This document shows positions 54,845 through 64,000 of a DNA stretch of 64,000 nt, one piece after another. The stretch comes from the human T2T-CHM13v2.0 reference genome, Homo sapiens. Each line of letters opens with the position of its first letter. The first letter of the stretch is position 1. The stretch is taken from NCBI RefSeq assembly GCF_009914755.1, contig NC_060937.1, one strand, 5' to 3'. Below the pieces are notes generated by a model. The model worked only from the letters and a program-made list of their open reading frames with translations, was not told where the DNA came from and ran no database searches. Made by a program: the position numbers and the translations under genes.

Positions 54845-56669
54845 TAATTTTCAAATCTGAAATATTTTACATCACAAAACTCAGGAGAAATGCAGATTAA
54901 CAACAAATGCAATGGCAGTTACTTTTTGATTACTTGACATATTGTGTACTATGCTAAGTATTATGTATACAATTTCACTTATTCTTGCTGAATTCATACA
55001 TTTTATTATACCTGAATTTAAACAGAAAAATGTTTTACATAGCTCTCAGACACATTTCTACAGCTCAAAAACACTGCATAGAAATGTGAATATACCCAAG
55101 GGCAATAATCCAAAGAAGATTAAGGCAAAATCTCTATTTATATATATTTATGTCAGTATAGAAGTCAGAAGCTACTATGGCAAATAAAATTTGAGAGAAG
55201 AGCAAATTTAGCATAGACATGCAATGTCAATGGAAAGACATAACTGTCTCTATATCTATCTTCTAACTTGATAAAACGACATCCATTAAGGGTTTTGATG
55301 ATGATGTCTATGAAAATAATGTTATTTTGCAAAATTGCTGATGGTGAAAGAATGTTAAATTTTCAACAGTATGTAAGTTTTCATGAGTATAATGCTGATT
55401 GGGGAAAAATATAATCTTGAAAATATATCTATGATCAGAACCAACAGCCCCTGCACTGTTTATAGAAAATGCTTCACCTCAAATATTTTGCTTTTTTTTT
55501 TTTACCATTTACAATACATTGACTATTTTTAAGTAGTCTGAATACTCATCTTTTATATGAAATTTATAACAAAACTTCAAGCAACCCAGAAGGCTCATTC
55601 GACTACCTTGTTAGAGCTGACTTAGCTAAGGGAGGCTCAAGGTTTTAAATGCACAGTTGCATTAATTTATTTCAAGTTAAAAATAAAGTGTGTAACCACA
55701 GTTAAAAAAAAAAAGAAAAGAAATTCCTTCTTTATCTGAATTTTAAAGAAACAAGACTGCCTTATTTAGCAGATAAAGGCTTTAAAGAGTGAATAATCTC
55801 AATTATTATCTTCATGAATTTACTGAAAAAGATATAATTAGTTATGACAAGAATATGGCAATGAAACTGGAGTTTGAGAGTTAAAATCAGTCATAGAGAC
55901 TATGAGTCACCTTGAACATTATAGTTCATTTAAGATAGATGAAAAGAAGTTCATATTTCCTTATGACACTTTCTTCGCATTTTCTTAAGACAACAGAAAG
56001 GACTGACCAATGACACTGAACACAGTTTCCTTCTTCTGTAGCCACAGATATGATCACCTAGTAAGACATGAAACAGATCAAAATTGTCACCAGGTCGAAT
56101 GCCTTCAGAGCACAGCATTTTTCTCAGTGATGATTCTCTGACATAATTTGTAAAGAAAACAAAACAAAAAAAACCTGTTGACATCTTTATTGTTACATTG
56201 GTTTCTCAAAACACTAGGGGAGTTTTCTAGAAGGTGAATCTAATATGTGGTGTCAGTTCTGCTCAATCTATTGATTTCAAAAATTGATAGACACACAGTG
56301 AAATAGAATTTTGCCCATGTGGTGACCAGGGATTATGTTTGCCCATTAAGTAAATACAAACATTATTTTATATAAAACAAACATATCTTATGTAGTAAAA
56401 TATTTTTTAATCCTATGAAATTAAGGTGAAAGAGTGATTCAAAAGAGTTCACATTTACTGTAGGATACTGCATAAAAGGCTCTGTGACTCTAGGCAAATT
56501 TGCATTTACTGGGGTACTGAACAAAAACTTTTCACAAGATCTATATTAGATTCTTCTTACACATCAATATATTAGTAGGAATTATGTCTGGTATCAGATC
56601 ATGTCCAATGTGATAACTAGTTACAATGATCAAAACCAAGTTACAAAGACAAATACCCTGCAATAATGA

Positions 56670-56830
56670 AAAGACTGATTCACAAGACATGGACTACAGT
56701 TCAGTGCCTGTTACTTACTTGTTGTGTGATCTTACATGCATATCATCTCTGCAACTTTATTTACTAATAAAAACAATATTACATCTACTCAAAGGATTAC
56801 TAAGGCAGACAAGCACATGAAACTATTATG
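56670..56830 (+). mobile_element. MIR fragment
   Basis: gacatggactacagttcagtgcctgttacttacttgttgtgtgatctt. Confidence 0.55.
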
Positions 56831-57499
56831 TTCTCTTAATGAATTGACATCCTTATTATGAGATGCTCAATTTTATCTCTGGTTATATTATTGTTCTGAG
56901 GCCTACTTTGATATGAATACAGGGCACCAACATTTTGGTTTTGCTGTTATTTAGTGTTTGCATAACGTATCTTTTTCTATCCTTTCACTTTTTATCTTAA
57001 AACAATGTTCACCACAGAATTATTATGTTCCAGGAAGAAAGTTTTCTAAACTATTAATAGCTTTTATTTCAAGATGTGATCATGTCTTCTAATTTCTCTT
57101 GATAGGTTTTTTTATAGATATTTAAATTTTTCTAAAATAAAATGTTATCAGACATAAGAATTCCAGTTTCTGATCTGAGGACAGGCCTTGTACACAGGCA
57201 ATCAACAGGACTGGCATGGCTAAACACGAATAGTCTCACCTTTCATACGAAACTTCTTCCTCTAGAGTTACAAGAAGGATGCTGTCAAAGCCAAAATTCA
57301 TCTAAGTTTTCATTGTAAGTATAAGGAAGGCCATATACTCACACATGGTTGCTGCTATAACAAACAGATTTCTTAAAAATCACTGCCCCTTTGAACTATA
57401 CAAAGCAATCTGCTCAAGTCTCCCCTTAGCCAGTTTAGTAATCCATATTTGCTCTCCTATACAGTTATAAATCCTAAGCCCTCTGGTTCAAAAAATGTT

Positions 57500-57740
57500 T
57501 TTTTTTAAATTCTTAATTGTGGTAAAGAACATATAACATAAAATTTACCCTCTTAACCATTTTTAAGTGTACAACTCAGTACTGTTAACTATATTCACAA
57601 CGCTGTATAACAGATGTCTAGAGCTTTTTTCATCTTACAAAACTGAAACTCTATACTCACAGGACAACTCCCTATTTCCCTCTCCCCCAACACCTGGCAA
57701 CTTCATTCTACTGTCGAAGATTTTGACTACTCTAGATTCT
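57500..57740 (-). mobile_element. L1MB 3' end
   Basis: ttaattgtggtaaagaacatataacataaaatttaccctcttaaccatttttaagtgtacaactcagt..aaactgaaactctatac. Confidence 0.9.
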
Positions 57741-58625
57741 ATCCTTTGATTACTCTAGAATGTACCATCTTGCTATCTGTACTCTGTTCCTTTTGACTTT
57801 TCTTCTTTTAGATAAATTGAGGGGTTTTTTTTTGCAGTGTTTCTGGTTCATCTCCACTATTGGTCCTGACAACTGTATCTGGTTGTTTTGTGTGGGTGGC
57901 TGCTCTAGAATTTACAACATAAGGCTTTATCACAAGTTATCACTTACGACTTACTGACCTACCTTCAAATAATACCATACCACTTCACAAGTGGTGGGAG
58001 AACTCTACCTATACTTCCTTCCATAACCCTGCCCTGTGCTGTCGTTACTACTCATTTTCATTCAATATGTCACGAACTCCACCATGCATTGTTATATTTG
58101 CTTTCAGCAGTCAACTGTCTTTTAAAAAGATTTTTAAATTCTTTTATATTGACCCATATGTTTACCATTACTCATTTCCTGTATAAATCTAAATTCCTAC
58201 CTAGTATCCGTTTCTTTCTGCCTGCAATTTCTTTCTTCTTTCCTGACTGATTTCAGATAAGAAGACTGATTTATCTTCCTTCATGTGTAAGGTGTATTTT
58301 TTGCCCCCTGGCTGCTTTTAAGACTATGTCCTTCATTACTTGTTTCTAGCAATTTGATTATTCTGTGTTTTAGTGCCATTTATTCTGCTTGGGGCTCATT
58401 AAACTTCCTGGGATTTGTGAATTTATAGTTTCCATCCCATCTGAAAAATGTTCAGCTTTTCTTCTTCAAATATTTTTTTCTGATCTCCCTCTTCTTGAAA
58501 GTCCAATTGTAGGTATGATAAGCAACTTGCTATTGTTCCACAGCTGCTTACTGAAGCTCTGTTTTTATCTTAAGCCTCTATTTCTTTTCTCTCTGTGCTT
58601 TGTGCTTTATTTTGGATAGGTTTTT

Positions 58626-58665
<40 letters not shown>

Positions 58666-58964
58666 TTTTGAGACAGATGCAGTCTTGCTTTGTCATCCAG
58701 GCTGTAGAGCAGTGGCACGATCTCAGCTTATTGCACCCTCCACCTCCCGGGCTCAAGTGAGTCTCCTGCCTCAGCCTCTTGAGTAGCTGGGATTATAGGC
58801 ATGAGCCACAACGCCTGGCTAATTTTTGTATTTTTTTATTTTTTAGTAGAGACAGGGTTTTGCCATGTTGGCCAAGCTGGTCTCGAACTCCTGACCTCAA
58901 GTGACCCACATACCTCGGCCTCCCAAAGTGCTGGGATTACAGGCATGAGCCATCGTGCCCGGCC
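58626..58964 (-). mobile_element. AluJb-like with a (TTTA)n tail microsatellite
   Basis: cgggctcaagtga, gacctcaagtga; (TTTA)n at about 58626-58669; TSD tttggatag(g)tttttatt. Confidence 0.95.
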
Positions 58965-59066
58965 TACTTTGGATAGTTTTTATTGCTACGTATTCAGACA
59001 TTGATCTTTTCTTCTGCAGTATCTATTAATGTCATCCACTGTATTTTTAAAATTTTAAATACAGTA

Positions 59067-59620
59067 TGATATGGTTTGGAAGTTTTTTTCCCCTTCAAAT
59101 CTCATGTTGAAATGCGACCTCCAATGTTAGAGGTGGGCCTAGGGAGAGGTGTTTGGGTCATGGGGGCGGATCCCTCATTAATGGCTTGGTGTTGTCTTCA
59201 TGGTAATGAATGCGTTCTCACTCTGAGTTCACAAGTTGTTATCCTGGCACCAGCTCCCTCTCACCACATGATGCACGAGCTCCCACTTTGCTTTCTGCCA
59301 TGATTTATTTATTTATTTATTTTTGAGACAGAGTCTCGTGTTGCTCAGGCTGGCGTGCAGTGATGGGATCTTGGCTTACTGCAACCTCCACCTCCCGAGC
59401 TCAAGCAATCCTCCCACCTCAACCTCCGGAGTAGCTGGGACTACAGGCATGTGTCACCATGCCTGGCTAATTTTTGTATTTTTTGTAGAAATGGGGTTTC
59501 ACCACATTGTCCAGGTTAGTCTTGAACTCCTGCGCTCAAGTGATCCACCTCCCTTGGGATCACAGGCGTGAGCACTTGGCCTCAGGTATTCCTTTACAGC
59601 AATGCAAAAACAGACATACA
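59067..59620 (+). mobile_element. MSTA/MSTB solo LTR interrupted by an Alu
   Basis: tgatatggtttgg..caaatctcatgttgaaatg..tcatgggggcggatccctcat ... ctcaggtattcctttacagcaatgcaaaaacagacataca. Confidence 0.88.
59303..59581 (-). mobile_element. AluJ-like inside the MST LTR
   Basis: (TTTA)n tail, gagctcaagcaatcctcccacctc, tgcgctcaagtgatcc; small internal deletions; no TSD. Confidence 0.93.
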
Positions 59621-60585
59621 TGGTGTATGTTTCATCTGTTTAATTTTTTATCTTTTTGTACCTTCCATTTCTCTTCTCATCATTTTCATGTTTTCCTTCA
59701 CATTTGTGAGCATATAAGATACAAAATAGATGTTTTAAGATCTTTGCCAATTATTTGTCATTTCTGGATGTGTTTCTATTGATTCATTTTTAAAACTTGG
59801 TTATAAGTTCTATTTTCCTGCTTCTTTGTACATCTGGTAATTTTGATCAGATGCCAGACATTGTGATTTTTACATCATTCAGCACTAGATCGTGTATTCT
59901 TTGGAGTGCATTTTTGTTCTGGTATACAGCTGAGTGACTTGCAGATCAGTTCGGTCCTTTCAATGCTTGTTTCTAAGGCTTGTCAGGGTAGGTCCAGAGC
60001 AGTCTATTCCAGGACTCAGGGCCACTAAGCTGTGACCCTTCCAAGCCCTCTTCCCAATGCCTCACATATGAAGAGGTCTCTCCACCCTGATTTCTGTCAG
60101 CTTTATGTGAGCTCCAAGAATTGTTCAACCTACTGCTGTATGGCCGACCTTTCCTTGCCTTCCTCCAATACACAGGAAGATAAGTACTCACCAAACCCTT
60201 TAGTGGGCCCCTCTGGAGATCTCCAGAGCTCTCTCTTTGTGCAATTCCCTCCTCTACAGTATTCTTCTCACAAACTAGTTGTCCTAACTTCTCCAAATAC
60301 CAAACCCTGTCTGCTTAGCTCAGTGAGACGGCGAGGCCCTGTTTGGGTTCTTCCTCCCTGCTTTGCCGCCCGGAAGTTACCTCCAAGCAGTAAGCTGAGG
60401 CCACTGTAGAGTTCATCACGTTTTCTGCTCTCCTCTCAAGGACCATCGCTTGTTGTCCAATATGTGAAAAAACATCTCTTATTTCATCTGAGTTTCTAGT
60501 TGTTCATGGTGGGAGTCAATTCCCACAAGAGTTAATCCTTTGTGGTCAGAAGCAAAACTCCTCTAAAGGTTAAACAGGATATTTT

Positions 60586-60939
<354 letters not shown>

Positions 60940-62184
60940 TTAGCTCAAGAAAACACATCTACAGAGAAAACACGCTTGATGGTCCAGATTTTTTTAAAAA
61001 AATTCTTCCACAAAGACAAGGAGACAATGCAGACCATGATCTTGTAGAAGCTGAAATATTCTGGAAAGGTTAATTTGCCTGAAATCAAAATGCTCAAATT
61101 ACTCAGAGTATTTAATTTCCTTAAGAAATATTCCTTTTTACAAAGCACTGACCCTATAAAAATGCAAATAACTCTAGGAAAGGACACTTTACATTCTCTT
61201 CAACTAATGAGACTGTGGTTAGAACTGGTCATCTGTTGGTACCTTGAACCATCAGAGCGCAGGGACATCTGGATTGTGGGTGGCAGGAGAATTAAGTTGA
61301 AAGAGAAAGTACATTGCTAAAGGGAAGAAGGGCAGAATTCTCAACTTCATAGCTTTGCCCAGGGCAGGCCCTGAGGGAAAGGATTTGTCTGCCTGCTATA
61401 TTTCCCTTGGGTACTATCTGTAATTACTATCACAGCTCATTGATTTTCAATTCCTTGTATTAATATATTTATTGGCCATTCTGACATTATTAAAATCAGT
61501 CTAACTCTGCATCTTTAGTGGAGGATACCTCTTCTTAAAATAGGAGTTTTGCAAGAGCAGATATTTCTTTCCGCTTAAAAAAAAAAATGGTCTTCTCACA
61601 TTAGCCATAACACAGCAACTGCAAATGTTTTTCTTTGAAGCCAGGTAGTGACATGCAAAGATTTCACTACAGATCAAAAGATCTCAAGCAGCAGGTCATC
61701 AGAGAATATTAAATGATAAGCAAACTCGTATTTCCAAGATAATTCTACCAATTTAGTCAAACGCTGGCCCCTGTTCCACAGCAGGAGAGGGAATAATGAG
61801 CCCCTGGTTAAAGGGTAATGCAAGTGGCATTTTTAATAATGCCCTTTTTCCACTTCTGATAAAGTCATTAAAGTAACACTGTCTTACTACGCCTTTACGC
61901 ACAGATGTACACTAGATCGTTAGTGTAAAATTAAATAGGTTTACTGAGGAAAAAAGTTAGGCTAATTGTTGGGTTTTTTCCCCCTAATGCTACTGAATTT
62001 TAATGTAATTTATTTCCTGCGTTAAGTAAACATTCCATAGCACATTTCCAGGTTCAGCTACAATACCTGCACCCGTCTATATTTCTTTATTAAGCCTAAC
62101 GACTGGAGTCTTTTTCAAAAAAGCACCCGTCTCCAAATCCTCTCAATTCCAGTGTGGCAAACAGCCTCTCACTTACAACAAATA

Positions 62185-62310
62185 GCACATGAATGAATCA
62201 CCACTTATTGAGCCCTGCCGATTCATAAGCTCCTGTGCTGAGATGATGAGGAATAACAAGAAACATAAAGCATAAGCTCTGCTCTTAAGGAAGTTACATT
62301 ACAGCTGACT
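62185..62310 (-). mobile_element. L2 3' end fragment
   Basis: cacttattgagccctg..gctctgctcttaaggaagttaca. Confidence 0.55.
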
Positions 62311-63349
62311 TCATGATGCTAGTCAGCTCTTGGTGATATAGGAATAGCTTCAACACCTTGTTATTAATGTCCTGCAGAATGGTTTCTAAGAGTTACTGCA
62401 AGCTGCCTCTAGGGAAAAGACTGAGTCTCCCTTATCCTCTTTTGTTCTGCCTCTAAAATGAGGGAGTGCATAGGAATCTCTGGTCTGGCCAAGGTGGATA
62501 TTTCCTGGTAGTTAAGGCATGGAGTATTGACGTGATTCTATACTTGTCTGCGGCAATGCCTGCACCCTTTCTAGCTACATGGCTATGGCAAAGAGGCATC
62601 AGGCTCGCTTCCCCAAGGGTAACAGAAAGGAATCTGTCTTCCACTCAATTACTGACTGCTTAGAGCACTTAAAATGAGCAAAACACCCAATCTCTTTCCT
62701 TGTTTCTGCTGCACTATTGCCGCTCTTCTCTGCCGGCCCACGGATCAGAACTGTACCTGGTTCTACAGGAGAGAAGAGAGGCAGGATAACCAATGGCTTC
62801 AACACCCTTACAGTTAGTGTAGACACTCAGGTCAGCTCCTTCCCCGCGGCAGATTCCTCAGACTTAGGAAATAAACAGTGAGGGTGACTAAGAAATGTTG
62901 CTTTCAGGTCTCCCTCTGAGTCCTCTGCACCTATGTAGTTTTCAAAAATATTTTTATTTAGAGAGCTCATCTTTTCTTTTTAAAACATTTTAATTTAAAG
63001 AATTTCAAATACACAAAATTAGGCAGAATAAACTATTTTCATTTTTTTGGTTCCATGATTCTGTTTTTATTCTGTTATTGACATTATTTTTTGTGTTCCA
63101 TTATTTCACATAATAAACTCTAATCAGAATTTGAAACATTCTTCCAGATATCCTTAAATAAAAATTCAAATTAAAAAAAGAGTTCTAATTTCAGATCTAC
63201 CTACCCTATGTCTACTTGGAGAATTATGAATTAACATAGATGTTGAAATCTCTACTAGATACTTCATGAGAATTGCAGCAACATAAACGAAAGTAATAGG
63301 GCCTTTTTCTCCTGTTTTTCTTCAAAAGAACACTGACTCAGTACCCACC

Positions 63350-63520
63350 AAAGGCAGGCAGGCTCCTGTGAAGATGGGTGGTTAATTCCATCTTCCAGGT
63401 GAGTAGGATTAAAGGAGAGAGACTAAGCATGACCCACACAGCTGGTACCAGGCTGAATACCATCTGAACTCAGGTCTTTCTCACTTTGAAGTCTGTGAAT
63501 TTACACTTCCATACACAGGA
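63350..63520 (-). mobile_element. MIR
   Basis: tcctgtgaagatggg..ccatcttccaggtgagtag..gacccacacagctggt..tgaactcaggtctt. Confidence 0.7.
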
Positions 63521-63589
63521 AGCTTCACTGCAGTAAGACTCATAAATGCATAAACAGAAAGGCTCTGTCTCACCCCTTGCTCCTCACCA

Positions 63590-63780
63590 GGATCATAGAA
63601 TGGCAGACTTCACCTGGGAGAGAAGCCCTCATCTCCAGCACCCCCACTGTATGGATGAGGGCATAGAGGCCTGGAGATAGAAAATAACTTCCCAATGTCA
63701 TTCCAGCTGGTGAACTGCAGGGCCAGGAATAAAATCACATAGTATATCTCTGGGGCAGTATCCTCTATATACTACCTTAT
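63590..63780 (-). mobile_element. MIR (MIR3/MIRc-like)
   Basis: ctgtatggatgagggcatagaggcctggagatagaaaataacttcccaatgtcattccagctgg. Confidence 0.7.
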
Positions 63781-64000
63781 CTCTGGGTGTGATAGTTCTA
63801 ATACTCTTCTTGTTTCAGTCCTTTGCTTAGTAACATGTTAGAACATCCAAAGGCTAACAGCATTTGGGAAGCTCTTGTAACAGCAGGACGCACGCACCAA
63901 AGTCACAGACAAAGTCATTCAAGCACTCCTTGCTGTGCCCCTGAAGCGTATCACAAGAGCACATGCCCTTCCTAGAGGCTGCCAGCAGCATGTGCTGTGT

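Larger units (their letters stand above)
57760..60560 (-). mobile_element. L1MC/L1MD-type 5' region (ORF1/5'UTR), interrupted by Alu, MST and Alu
   Basis: ctggctgcttttaagactatgtccttcattacttgtttctagcaatttgatta; tttcttcttcaaatattttttctg; ccctctggagatctccagagctctctct; gagttaatcctttgtggtcagaagcaaaa. A related fragment lies at about 56835-57000. Confidence 0.8.

Noticed and set aside
55295-55345. C/D-box snoRNA (ATGATGA ... CTGA)
   Set aside because: Boxes too close together, no terminal stem, no recognisable rRNA guide
60032-60409. 125-aa ORF with a CpG cluster as a gene or CpG island
   Set aside because: Lies in an antisense L1M 5' region; the CpG cluster is far below island size

Overview
Primate (human-like) nuclear DNA, AT-rich and CpG-depleted. 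It has no CpG island and no recognisable protein-coding gene, RNA gene or CRISPR array. Much of the window is interspersed repeats: 14 Alus (J, S and Y subfamilies), old L1M and L2 fragments, MIRs, a CR1/L3 fragment, many solo LTRs (MaLR, ERV1, ERVL and a probable Gypsy type), hAT MITEs and a near full-length Tigger1 with a dead transposase. The window most likely lies inside long introns of a minus-strand transcription unit: most LTRs lie on the plus strand, and several AG...GT-bounded exon candidates lie on the minus strand. The best candidate is 5897-6049 (153 nt, open frame); I cannot name the host gene. Most ORFs in the track are repeat-derived or chance. I found no convincing novel biological system. 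The items most worth following up are candidate exons and microexons, a closely spaced inverted Alu pair, an Alu-associated deletion inside an MST LTR, a tandem Alu, an ancient local duplication and motif clusters. Repeat subfamily names come from recalled consensus sequences, not from a database run, and boundaries of old repeats are approximate.
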